Shown: positions 37,981 through 48,030 of the stretch, in pieces
Numbering within the stretch: position 1 is the first letter of the stretch
How the letters are laid out: every line of letters begins with the position of its first letter
Notes under the pieces: model-generated
Database searches by the model: none
What the model saw: the letters and a program-made list of their open reading frames with translations, nothing else
What the model was told of the DNA's origin: nothing
Translations under genes and position numbers: made by a program
Assembly: GCA_025464625.1 (NCBI GenBank)
Contig: JAOAUZ010000001.1
Location: 462,848-526,847, forward strand
Length of the DNA: 64,000 nt
Direction of reading: 5' to 3'
DNA from: Rickettsiales bacterium
Lineage (GTDB): Bacteria > Pseudomonadota > Alphaproteobacteria > Rickettsiales > SXRF01

Positions 37981-38412
37981 TTATTTACTGACATTCTTCA
38001 AAAAACTATTCAAAGCTCTCTCCAATCTCCTCTGTGCCGCTATAAAATCATCATCATGAACACCAGAGAGTTTTTTAGCGGATTCCTCCAGAGCATGTTT
38101 GCAAGTATGCGCCAACATCTCCATCGGATCTTCCAGAACTGGGAGCATAACTGCATCGTCATTTTCGTCATGGCGATAATGATGATGGAATCTGCGCCCT
38201 CCGCTGACCTCAGCTAAAGCAAGGGAAATTGGGGTAACTATATTTTTAAAGCGTTGCTGCCAATACATACGTTCTGAATCATCTCGGATAGCAAACCGTG
38301 TCTCCAAAAGGTTCATACAAACCTCTTCCAACACAAGTAAAGCTTCATCCAATGATGTATTTGTCGAAATTGTTGATGATAGCTGTTGTTTTCTAGCTTT
38401 AGTCACGTCCAT
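37981..38412 (-). CDS. hypothetical helical protein with His-rich patch
   Basis: ORF track gives 37981..38445. ATG 38412 (MDVTKARKQ) has GGAGG 5 nt upstream. Contains RRFHHHYRHDEND. Its stop lies 1 nt from the tadC stop (convergent). Confidence 0.55.
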   Translation of the reverse strand: MDVTKARKQQLSSTISTNTSLDEALLVLEEVCMNLLETRFAIRDDSERMYWQQRFKNIVTPISLALAEVSGGRRFHHHYRHDENDDAVMLPVLEDPMEMLAHTCKHALEESAKKLSGVHDDDFIAAQRRLERALNSFLKNVSK

Positions 38413-38548
38413 AAAAACCTCCGTTTTCGGTGAATTTTTACTCAACGCCTAAAATTCTACTATAAAAATGGCTAAAATACTAGCACATATAAAATTATAT
38501 GAATAAAATGCTTGTGGAATATAACGTAAAATATGCTATGCAGCATAA

Positions 38549-39847
<1,299 letters not shown>

Positions 39848-39904
39848 AGTTACATATAATTTTCCTTTCCAAAAGACGGAAAAATCTATATATTAATCGG
39901 CTAT

Positions 39905-40240
39905 ATGAGCAGATACGCGTCCACCTCTGATTTTCGCCAGCCAATGCAGAAACGTGCAATTGGCTCGCTTCTTTGCGTATTGGTTTTATTTTATCTTGCT
40001 TTTCATACGGTAAGCGGAGAGCGCGGTGTGTTTGCCATGCTCCGCGAAACCAACAAGTTGGAAACCATGAAAGCAGAGTTGTCCGAGATAAAAACCAAGC
40101 GCGAATCACTGGAAAAAAAAGTTCAAAAACTTAGCAATGATAGTCTTGATTTAGACCTGCTTGATGAGCAGTCACGCATTGTTCTGGGCAGGGCTGGAAA
40201 AGACGAAGTTGTTATATTTCTGGATAAAAAACCACAATAA
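39905..40240 (+). CDS. ftsB: septum formation initiator FtsB/DivIC family
   Basis: 111 aa. One TM segment plus a coiled coil. Conserved eno-ftsB adjacency. Confidence 0.8.
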   Translation: MSRYASTSDFRQPMQKRAIGSLLCVLVLFYLAFHTVSGERGVFAMLRETNKLETMKAELSEIKTKRESLEKKVQKLSNDSLDLDLLDEQSRIVLGRAGKDEVVIFLDKKPQ

Positions 40241-40280
40241 AAAACTGACTATAATAATTTAACACAGTAATTAGCCACTC

Positions 40281-40367
40281 GTCATTGCGAGAATGCATAG
40301 CATTCGTGGCAATCCAAAAGACACTATATGTTGAAGAACTGGATTGCTTCACTACGTTCGCAATGAC
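40281..40367. repeat. palindromic intergenic element (GTCATTGCGA subfamily)
   Basis: Perfect terminal IR GTCATTGCGA / TCGCAATGAC and inner IR GCAATCCA / TGGATTGC. Confidence 0.85.
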
Positions 40368-40414
40368 AAGAATTGACCATTTTTATTATCAAAAGGCTAT
40401 ACTAAGCGTAACAG

Positions 40415-40807
40415 CTACTGGGCGTGAGTATGTTCATGCGCTGCTGTGTGTTCGCGCTCTTCCTTGATTTTCTCCGTATAGCTAACAGGTTTATGTTTTT
40501 TACCACACACCTTGCTCCATTTATGTTCTTTACACGACGGCTCATCGATTTCTTCTTCTTCCTCTGCTTTTTGCTTTTCTGCATTGGTAAGAACAAGTTT
40601 ATCTTTGAAAGTTACGCCGTTTTTGTCTTCAACTAAATGCCCATCAACACATGCTTGTATTGCCATTCTCAATTCGTCTGTGTGATATTGCTCTAATGGA
40701 ATACCAAGTTCTTTGAGCGCGATAACAACATGGTGAGGAACTTCCATACCATGGACAACCACGCCACCATCTTTTTCAACTTTTTCCTGATGCATTAAAT
40801 AATCCAT
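40415..40807 (-). CDS. hypothetical acidic/His-rich protein
   Basis: ORF track starts at TTG 40819; the first ATG is 40807 (MDYLMHQEK). Glu run EEEEEIDE, CKEHKWSKVCGKKHK, C-terminus HTAAHEHTHAQ. No SD seen. Confidence 0.45.
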   Translation of the reverse strand: MDYLMHQEKVEKDGGVVVHGMEVPHHVVIALKELGIPLEQYHTDELRMAIQACVDGHLVEDKNGVTFKDKLVLTNAEKQKAEEEEEIDEPSCKEHKWSKVCGKKHKPVSYTEKIKEEREHTAAHEHTHAQ

Positions 40808-40998
40808 AATAATTAGCAATGAACATACTATAGCAAATTTTATGGGAAAAGATTGTGAAGCTTAGATGAAGGCATTTGCTACGGTTTTGTGACAATGGGC
40901 ATTGCCTGTTTTAGCCACTTCCAGACCATAAGTAATTACAATAGCTTATAGTAACTAATGTCACATAATGTCACACTTAAAATAGGGATTATAACCAC

Positions 40999-41109
40999 AT
41001 GAATATACCAAGCCATTGGAATTTAATGATAAAATTTTTTAATAAGGTAAAAAATAAGTTGAGAAACGCTCTGAAACGCATCAAAAACATCATCAAAAAG
41101 TTGCAATAA
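40999..41109 (+). CDS. possible 36-aa highly basic amphipathic peptide
   Basis: MNIPSHWNLMIKFFNKVKNKLRNALKRIKNIIKKLQ, below the track's 60-aa cutoff. Lies in very AT-rich DNA, so it may be a chance ORF. Confidence 0.2.
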   Translation: MNIPSHWNLMIKFFNKVKNKLRNALKRIKNIIKKLQ

Positions 41110-41162
41110 TTAGCAATAATATACAGATAATGTACAAAAACGTAGTGATAATGCGCGATAAT
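41102..41162 (+). repeat. array of five ATAAT-core direct repeats
   Basis: GCAATAAT (41102-41109), GCAATAAT (41112-41119), GATAAT (41126-41131), GATAAT (41147-41152), GATAAT (41157-41162). Confidence 0.6.
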
Positions 41163-41295
41163 ACGTCTTTATGTCATAAAATCTTAATTTAATAAAACTA
41201 TAAATTATTTTACTTTTATACTATGATTAACCCAAAGTTGTAATGATTTTTATTTTTTAACCTTAGAATAAGTTAGAATAAGAAGGATAATTTAT

Positions 41296-41568
41296 ATGGT
41301 GTGGCCATTTTCAAATAAAGGAGAACCCTTAACAAAGGCTGAAGCTATCGATGCGGTCGTTTCAAGTATTGAAGTGGAATGTGCAAACCATTCTAAGAAT
41401 GCTATTATTTGGGAGGGAAAATTGATTATTCCTTCTATCATGAAACAATGCCTAGAGGATGGCGGAGTAGAAAATTATAAGGAAAGATTATTAGAAAGAC
41501 ATAACAATCACGGATTGCCACCTGTGGCTAACACTTTACCAAAAGATGATAGGTCAACGAAGAGATAA
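41296..41568 (+). CDS. hypothetical protein
   Basis: 90 aa. AAGGA lies 8 nt upstream of the ATG. Followed by the hairpin at 41593-41621. Confidence 0.5.
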   Translation: MVWPFSNKGEPLTKAEAIDAVVSSIEVECANHSKNAIIWEGKLIIPSIMKQCLEDGGVENYKERLLERHNNHGLPPVANTLPKDDRSTKR

Positions 41569-41592
41569 TACACCAACCATAGTTCTTTTCAC

Positions 41593-41621
41593 TGTCATAT
41601 CTCACTTCGTTCGAGATGACA
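41593..41621. repeat. mini palindromic element / hairpin
   Basis: TGTCATATCTC-acttcgttc-GAGATGACA. Its reverse complement matches the left half of element 2970-3050. Sits between convergent gene ends. Confidence 0.7.
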
Positions 41622-41626
41622 GAACA

Positions 41627-43123
41627 TTAAGCCATGAAACTTTGCTTTTCGCGTTTGCGTTTTGGTGATGATGATATTCCTAGAGCCTCGCGGTATTTGG
41701 CAACGGTACGGCGGGCGACGGTAATATTACGCTCTTTGAGCAAGTCCACAATATCATCATCAAGCAAAATTTTATCGGCCGATTCTTTGGCTATCATTTC
41801 AGCGATAAAATGTTTTACTGTCTGGCTGGAAAAATCTTCGCCACCACCTTGCGCGCGGGCAAGGGCGGAGGTGAAGAAATATTTAAGCTCAAAAGTTCCG
41901 CGCGGGCATAGCAAATATTTTCCGCTGGTCACGCGTGAGATGGTGCTTTCGTGATAGCCAGTTTCCGCTGCGATATCTTTTAGCGTCATCGGTTTCATAT
42001 AGCGCACACCAAGCCTAAAAAATGCGTCTTGCTGCTTCACCAGTTCGCCAGAAACTTTGAGCATAGTCTGGGCGCGTTGTTCAAGGGCGCGCACCAGCCA
42101 GTTGGCAGTTCCGAATTGTTCACTTAGATAATCCTTATCTTTTTTATTGCGGGTTTCGCTGGTAACTTTTTTGTAAAAACGTTTATTGACCATGATTTTT
42201 GGGAAATTACTCATGTTCAGTTCAACATGCCAATTACCATCAGGCAGACGACGAACAAAAATATCTGGCTCCAAGGTTTGCGATATTTCATGAACAAATC
42301 CGCCACCGGGTTTGGGGTTCAGTTCACGAATTTCAGCTATCATCTGCCGCAAATCTTCTTTATCAACCCCACATTTTTTTTGTAATTCCTCAAAACGGCT
42401 ATCTGCCAGCAGATTAAGGTTCGCAAGCAGTTTCTGCATGGCAGGGTCAAGGCGGTTTTTCTCCCGTAGCTGGATACTCAGGCAATCACTCAGGTTACGC
42501 GCGCAAATACCAACTGGGTCAAATCCCTGCAACAACGTGAGCGTTTCTTCAATTTCTGCCATCTCCACACCGAACATATCACACAGCGGGACGAGATCTT
42601 CTTTAATGTAACCAGCATCATCAACAATATCTATCAAATGCGCGCCAATTAATTTTTGTGCTGGGTCATGAATTTCTACCTGCAATTGGTTTAGCAAATG
42701 CTCACGCAATGAAATTCCTGCTGACGGATTATCATCAATGCTGCGTGTGTCATCTTCCGAATCATAACCTGACGCACCACCACCACCGCCTTGGTCATAG
42801 CGCAGATAGTCGGTTTCAATGCTAGAGGAATCATCGCCCCAACTTTCATCTGCTTGCATATCGCCAGAAAAATTTTCATCCTTGCTGAAATCAGCTTCGC
42901 GTGGTTCATCACTATCGTTTTTAGAAGCAGTTTCTGCCGTTGAGTCAGATGACTCACTAACCTCTGGCTCTTCTTGAGTAAGGAAAGGATTTTCTTCTAA
43001 TGCCTGCTCGACAAACTCACGCAGCTCAAGAGAATTACATTGCAACAGCTTTATCGATTGCTGTAATGCCTGCGTCATTACCAGCGATTGACCTTGCCTG
43101 AGTTCGAGTCTAGGTGCGTTCAT
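41627..43123 (-). CDS. rpoN: RNA polymerase sigma-54 factor
   Basis: 498 aa. Gln/Leu-rich region I, acidic region II, C-terminal RpoN box ARRTVAKYREALGI. Confidence 0.95.
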   Translation of the reverse strand: MNAPRLELRQGQSLVMTQALQQSIKLLQCNSLELREFVEQALEENPFLTQEEPEVSESSDSTAETASKNDSDEPREADFSKDENFSGDMQADESWGDDSSSIETDYLRYDQGGGGGASGYDSEDDTRSIDDNPSAGISLREHLLNQLQVEIHDPAQKLIGAHLIDIVDDAGYIKEDLVPLCDMFGVEMAEIEETLTLLQGFDPVGICARNLSDCLSIQLREKNRLDPAMQKLLANLNLLADSRFEELQKKCGVDKEDLRQMIAEIRELNPKPGGGFVHEISQTLEPDIFVRRLPDGNWHVELNMSNFPKIMVNKRFYKKVTSETRNKKDKDYLSEQFGTANWLVRALEQRAQTMLKVSGELVKQQDAFFRLGVRYMKPMTLKDIAAETGYHESTISRVTSGKYLLCPRGTFELKYFFTSALARAQGGGEDFSSQTVKHFIAEMIAKESADKILLDDDIVDLLKERNITVARRTVAKYREALGISSSPKRKREKQSFMA

Positions 43124-43202
43124 GATTTTCGATTTATACTATTTATTTTCGTTCGTCACATTACTATCATGACTTCACAAAACAAAAAACAAAAAATCAA
43201 TT

Positions 43203-44024
43203 TTATAAACTAAATCTTTCACCAAGATATACACGACGAACATTGGCATCATTTACGATTTCCGATGGAGTTCCTTCCATCAGAACGCAACCATCGTGCA
43301 TAATATAAGCGCGGTCGATAATATCTAGAGTTTCGCGCACATTATGGTCGGTAATCAAAACTCCAATTCCACGATCTTTTAGATGCTTCACCAAGCCACG
43401 AACTTCATCAACGGCGATTGGGTCAATACCAGCCAGCGGTTCATCGAGTAATATAAAAGCTGGGTGGCTGGCGAGAGCGCGGGCTATTTCCACGCGTCTG
43501 CGCTCACCACCAGAAAGGGTGATACCTTGAGCAAGGCGTAGATGAGTAATTGAAAATTCTGCAAGCAGTTCATCAAGCTGCGCGTGACGGGAATCAACAT
43601 TTTTTTCATGAATTTCCAGAACTGATAAAATATTCTGCTCTACCGTAAGACCGCGGAAAATAGATGCCTCCTGCGGCAAATAACCAATTCCCTGACGAGC
43701 GCGCCGATACATAGGAAGGCGGGTTATATCATCACCATCAAGCAATATCTTACCAGTGTCAGGCTGGATTAAACCCGTAATCATATAAAAACACGTTGTT
43801 TTTCCTGCACCATTTGGACCAAGCAGCCCAACTGCTTCACCGCGCCTGACACGCAGGCTTACATCGCGCACTACTGGTCTGCCGCCATAACGCTTACCGA
43901 TATGCTGAACTTCCAGACCGTTACTGGTAGAAACTAGTCTTGGTGCATTGCCATCATCATCACTTAAAGAAGATGTAGCAGATACAGCGTTATTTTTTTT
44001 ATTTTTAAAAATAGACATAATCAT
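43203..44024 (-). CDS. lptB: LPS export ABC transporter ATP-binding protein
   Basis: 273 aa with GPNGAGKTT, LSGGERRRVEIARAL and LLDEP. Positioned between lptA and rpoN. Confidence 0.93.
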   Translation of the reverse strand: MIMSIFKNKKNNAVSATSSLSDDDGNAPRLVSTSNGLEVQHIGKRYGGRPVVRDVSLRVRRGEAVGLLGPNGAGKTTCFYMITGLIQPDTGKILLDGDDITRLPMYRRARQGIGYLPQEASIFRGLTVEQNILSVLEIHEKNVDSRHAQLDELLAEFSITHLRLAQGITLSGGERRRVEIARALASHPAFILLDEPLAGIDPIAVDEVRGLVKHLKDRGIGVLITDHNVRETLDIIDRAYIMHDGCVLMEGTPSEIVNDANVRRVYLGERFSL

Positions 44025-44038
44025 AATCGTTACTACCT

Positions 44039-44665
44039 TTACTTCTTGGCAGGAAGTTTCTTATTGCCGTCAGGAATAAACAATGCTTTTACGCGCTGTG
44101 TTGCTTTACCATCGCCTGCAGCCGTTCTACCTTGAGAAGAATTTAGTTCACTTTTACCAGTTGCAAAATCATAAACAAGCCTGTCACCTTTAAGCACATT
44201 CTTATCACGAGTTAGCACTACATTATCATTAAGAAAAATTTTATGATTAACCACATCATATAGCCCGCGCGCACCACTTGCAGTTTCCTCTGGTGTAGAA
44301 AGAAAAACCTTGTTTTCAACAACAATTTTTTCAATAGAATTTTTTTCAGATACCGCAGAAGTTATAGTCTTTTCTGCCTTAGCGGCTTTGCCACTTTCTG
44401 TGCTTTTATAAAAGACTGTCATCTTTTCCGATTTTATCTTCACATCACCCTGCACAGCAACCACATGCCCAGTAAAAACAGCTTTGTGATTTTGTTGCAA
44501 TACTTCCAGTGAATCAGAGGTTATCTCAATAGGTCCGCCAGATTTATATTTATTAGAAATAGCAGGAGAGTCAGCTGCAAAAGATTCCACAGCAAAAGAT
44601 GAGGTAAAGAAAAATACCAAGGTTATTATCGCATTAATTTTTTTCTTATAGTTCATAATATTCAT
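44039..44665 (-). CDS. lptA: LPS transport periplasmic protein LptA (OstA family)
   Basis: The track ORF (to 44782) overlaps lptC. ATG 44665 gives MNIMNYKKKINAIITLVFFFTSSFAVESFA, a signal peptide, followed by an OstA-like beta-jellyroll sequence. Confidence 0.85.
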   Translation of the reverse strand: MNIMNYKKKINAIITLVFFFTSSFAVESFAADSPAISNKYKSGGPIEITSDSLEVLQQNHKAVFTGHVVAVQGDVKIKSEKMTVFYKSTESGKAAKAEKTITSAVSEKNSIEKIVVENKVFLSTPEETASGARGLYDVVNHKIFLNDNVVLTRDKNVLKGDRLVYDFATGKSELNSSQGRTAAGDGKATQRVKALFIPDGNKKLPAKK

Positions 44666-44684
44666 CCAATTTCTAACAAAAATT

Positions 44685-45404
44685 CTATTGTTTCTTTTTA
44701 GTCTTTTTAGTTTTGCTACTCTTTGTAATCTTCTTAGAAACAATGGGTTTTTTAGTCGTAGCAATCTTTTTAACAATAGCATTTTTTTTAGTTACGCTCG
44801 GCTTAGGAGCTACAGCAGTCTTTTCTTGATACAACAACATTCTTACTGAACCGTTAAAATTTATAATATTTCCGCGTTCTGTGATAGTAAAACTGTTCGC
44901 CTCAATCGTTCCTGCTGCACCTTGCCCTTCAATGTGAGAGTCGCCAGCAACTGAACCCTTGCCAATATCAACATGGGCATGGTCGGTGCGGAATTGGTAT
45001 CCGCCCTCATAAAAAACCTCCACTCCCTGCAAAAGCTCCATCTCCTTTGTGGTCATATTTAATTCTCCAGAACCAGACTTTAGAGCAATCCACGCATTAT
45101 TGTCGCCAGTCATATCCGCACTGACATTTTGCAACACCACAGTGTCCTTATCCTTCTGCAAAGCAGAATCGGCATCGATTGTGTAAGGTCGGTTGTGAAC
45201 ATCAACCCCATGATAACGTGGCTTCTGCATGATATTTTGCATATCAGCAGCCTTCGGAACATTGGTAAAAACCATGCGCCCACCATTATCAGCATTATTA
45301 TTCGAGGCAATCCATACCACTAAAGCAATTATTCCAGCAGCCAGCCCCCATAATAAATTCTTACCCAGTAAAACTAACCGTGTGTATTTTGCCATTGATG
45401 ACAT
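44685..45404 (-). CDS. lptC: LPS export protein LptC with Lys-rich C-terminal extension
   Basis: 239 aa. N-terminal TM anchor, LptC fold region, then a tail of about 45 aa, KKNAIVKKIATTKKPIVSKKITKSSKTKKTKKKQ. Confidence 0.85.
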   Translation of the reverse strand: MSSMAKYTRLVLLGKNLLWGLAAGIIALVVWIASNNNADNGGRMVFTNVPKAADMQNIMQKPRYHGVDVHNRPYTIDADSALQKDKDTVVLQNVSADMTGDNNAWIALKSGSGELNMTTKEMELLQGVEVFYEGGYQFRTDHAHVDIGKGSVAGDSHIEGQGAAGTIEANSFTITERGNIINFNGSVRMLLYQEKTAVAPKPSVTKKNAIVKKIATTKKPIVSKKITKSSKTKKTKKKQ

Positions 45405-45405
45405 A

Positions 45406-46368
45406 TCAAGCTATTCCAGCCCGCAAGCAATCATGAATATGTAAAATTCCTACTGGTTTTTCTTCTTCAGTCACAAACAGGCTGGTAATGGAGCGTTCAT
45501 TCATTATCGCCAAAGCCTCAGCAGCAAGAGCTTGCGGGCGTATAGTCAAAGGAGATTTTTTCATAATATTTTTTGCTGGCTCTTCCAATAAATTTGGCTG
45601 CATATGCCTGCGTAAATCACCGTCAGTGATTATTCCAGACAATGTGCCATCCACTGCAACCACCCCTGCACATCCGAAACGTTTAGAAGTCATAACCAGC
45701 AATACATCACGCATAATATCGGTTTCATGTACCAATGGTAATTCATTAGCACCATGCATTAAATCAGAAACACGAATAAACGCCTTACCAAGTTTTCCAC
45801 CGGGGTGGAATACAGAAAAATCTTGTTTACTAAACCCACGCCGTTTTACCAGTGCCACACTGATTGCATCACCAAGTGCCATCATCATGGTGGTCGAGGT
45901 GGTGGGCGCGCCAGTGTCACAAGCTTCTGGAACTTCTGGTAACACCATTGCAATATTAGCTGCCTCAACCAACATTGAACCACTGCGCCTTGCCACACCA
46001 ATAAGAGGTATTGAAAAACGTTTACAATAGGCAATCATGTCTGCAAGTTCGGCAGTTTCACCAGAATTAGACAATGCGAGAACAGTATCATCTTTAGTAA
46101 TCATTCCCATATCGCCGTGGCTGGCTTCAGCAGGATGAACAAAGTGAGCAGGAGTCCCAGTAGATGCCATTGTCGCAGCGATTTTGCGCGCAACATGCCC
46201 ACTCTTGCCCATGCCAGTAACAATCACTCTTCCTTTTAGAGTAGCAATCAAAGAAACTGTCTGTGCAAAAGCATTGCCTAAATTATCGGCTAGAGCTTCT
46301 AGGCCAGCTATTTCTTGTACTAAAACCGCTTTGCCGTGGGTTATGTCTTTATTCTCATTTGTCATCAC
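45406..46368 (-). CDS. kdsD: arabinose-5-phosphate isomerase (KdsD/KpsF)
   Basis: 320 aa. SIS domain GMGKSGHVARKIAATMASTG plus tandem CBS domains. Confidence 0.92.
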   Translation of the reverse strand: MMTNENKDITHGKAVLVQEIAGLEALADNLGNAFAQTVSLIATLKGRVIVTGMGKSGHVARKIAATMASTGTPAHFVHPAEASHGDMGMITKDDTVLALSNSGETAELADMIAYCKRFSIPLIGVARRSGSMLVEAANIAMVLPEVPEACDTGAPTTSTTMMMALGDAISVALVKRRGFSKQDFSVFHPGGKLGKAFIRVSDLMHGANELPLVHETDIMRDVLLVMTSKRFGCAGVVAVDGTLSGIITDGDLRRHMQPNLLEEPAKNIMKKSPLTIRPQALAAEALAIMNERSITSLFVTEEEKPVGILHIHDCLRAGIA

Positions 46369-46397
46369 TAATGCCTACCGCCCATTGCCCACTACCT

Positions 46398-47012
46398 TTA
46401 GTTATGGGCAAAAATATCTTCATTTTCCCAGCCAGCCAAATCCAGTTCAGCGCGATAGGGCAGAAAATCGAATGTCGCTTTCGCAAGTTCAACTCGCCCC
46501 TCACGCGCCAACATTTCATCGAGTTTGGCTCTTAGCTTATGCAGATGGAGAACATCAGATGCGGCATATTCAACTTGCTCTGCTGTGAGTGCTTGCGAAC
46601 CCCAGTAAGAACTTTGCTGCTGCTTAGATACATCTACACCAATCAATTCTTTACAAATATCTTTGTAGCCATGCTTGTCAGTATAAGTGCGAACTAGGCG
46701 TGATGCCGTGCGCGTACAGTAAATATTGCTAAGTTTTAAACCAAGATAGTGGCGCATTATAGCTAAATCAAAACGCGCAAAATGAAAGATCTTGGTACGT
46801 TTGCTGTCTGAAAGTAATTTTATCAAATTAGGTGCGTTATATTTGCCTTGTTCAAACTGCACCAGATGTGCATCGCCATTGCCATCTGAAATCTGCACCA
46901 AACAAAGCCTGTCGCGCTTGTTATTCAACCCCATCGCTTCAGTATCAACGGCAATATCACCATTTAACACAACATCAGCTGGCAGATCGCCAGTATATAC
47001 AAAATTTGTAAT
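46398..47012 (-). CDS. rnd: small ribonuclease D-type 3'-5' exonuclease (DEDD)
   Basis: The track starts at GTG 46970. The open frame upstream encodes TNFVYTGDLPADVV, which I recall as part of the conserved N-terminus of this family. ATT 47012 lies 6 nt after GGAGA. DEDD motifs: AVDTEAMGL, FHFARFDL, YAASDV. Confidence 0.8.
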   Translation of the reverse strand: MTNFVYTGDLPADVVLNGDIAVDTEAMGLNNKRDRLCLVQISDGNGDAHLVQFEQGKYNAPNLIKLLSDSKRTKIFHFARFDLAIMRHYLGLKLSNIYCTRTASRLVRTYTDKHGYKDICKELIGVDVSKQQQSSYWGSQALTAEQVEYAASDVLHLHKLRAKLDEMLAREGRVELAKATFDFLPYRAELDLAGWENEDIFAHN

Positions 47013-47093
47013 AGGACTTCTCCATAATTATTTTGAATTACAATAAAAACTTAGCAGATTATTGGTTAAATCACCACTAACAGCAAGTAATTT

Positions 47094-47762
47094 CTAAAAA
47101 TCTGGATTTTCATAATAAACAGGCGGACGAACACCGCGCACACGCTCAGATAGAATGCTACGCATACTCGGGCGTGATTTCATGAGAGCATACCAATTCT
47201 GTGCCATTTTATTATAATCCCACGAAATGTCACCCAGATAATCCAGTGCTGAAATATGTGATGCTGCTGCTAAATCTGCTAAAGTAAGAGTGTCGCCTGC
47301 AAGAAAATAACGTTCTGATGCCAGATACCCAATATAATCTAGGTGATACAAAATATTTTGTTTGCCGATACGAATTGCGGCAGAACTAGGCTCGCCATAG
47401 CCAAAATAATGTTTGAAGGCTTTCTCAAAAAGTACGTTTTTGGTCACTTCATAATCAAATTTATGATCGAACCAGTCAATCAGCCTTCTAACCTCAGCCC
47501 GCTGTGCGGGGCTATTACCAAGCATAGAAATCTCAGGGTAGGCTTCCTCTAAATATTCGGCAATGGCATATGCCCCTGAAAGCACAGTGCCATTATCTTC
47601 CACCAGAACGGGTACTTCACCCGCTGGATTTAGGGCAAAAAAATTCAGGTTGCGGTCCCACGGATTTTCCTGAACCAATTCAAATTCCAAATCTTTTTCT
47701 CTCATCATCATCCTGATTTTCCTACAGAATGGTGAAAGTGGTGTGTGGTATAGGAGTCGCAT
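47094..47762 (-). CDS. glutathione S-transferase family protein
   Basis: 222 aa. Thioredoxin-like N-domain with SPFCRK and NPAGEVPVL, plus a helical C-domain. Confidence 0.85.
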   Translation of the reverse strand: MRLLYHTPLSPFCRKIRMMMREKDLEFELVQENPWDRNLNFFALNPAGEVPVLVEDNGTVLSGAYAIAEYLEEAYPEISMLGNSPAQRAEVRRLIDWFDHKFDYEVTKNVLFEKAFKHYFGYGEPSSAAIRIGKQNILYHLDYIGYLASERYFLAGDTLTLADLAAASHISALDYLGDISWDYNKMAQNWYALMKSRPSMRSILSERVRGVRPPVYYENPDF

Positions 47763-47885
47763 ATTGTCTTTATATATTACAGTTTTGGCAATAAAGGTTA
47801 ATGGTTACTGGTTATATTGTCATTCAATATCTAATACCAGATGAAAAAAACGTAAAAAAATTGTATTTTTGCCCTGTGCATAACT

Positions 47886-47906
47886 TTATCCAAAATATTT
47901 TCCACA
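47886..47906 (+). promoter_or_regulatory. two DnaA-box-like 9-mers
   Basis: TTATCCAAA (47886-47894) and TTTTCCACA (47898-47906). Each matches TTATCCACA at 8/9; same orientation, 3 bp apart, in a 379-bp AT-rich intergenic region. Confidence 0.4.
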
Positions 47907-48001
47907 TAGTGACTAAAAATATAGCGACAACATCTAAAAAAGCAATAAAACCAAGAGTTTCCCTTGTGTAAAAGAAAATATGATTTTGTCATTAATTGCG
48001 C

Positions 48002-48030
48002 TTGACGAATATAAAAAACGTCTCTAGATT
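48002..48030 (+). promoter_or_regulatory. candidate sigma-70 promoter for rpsT
   Basis: TTGACG-N17-TAGATT, about 110 nt upstream of the rpsT ATG. Confidence 0.3.
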
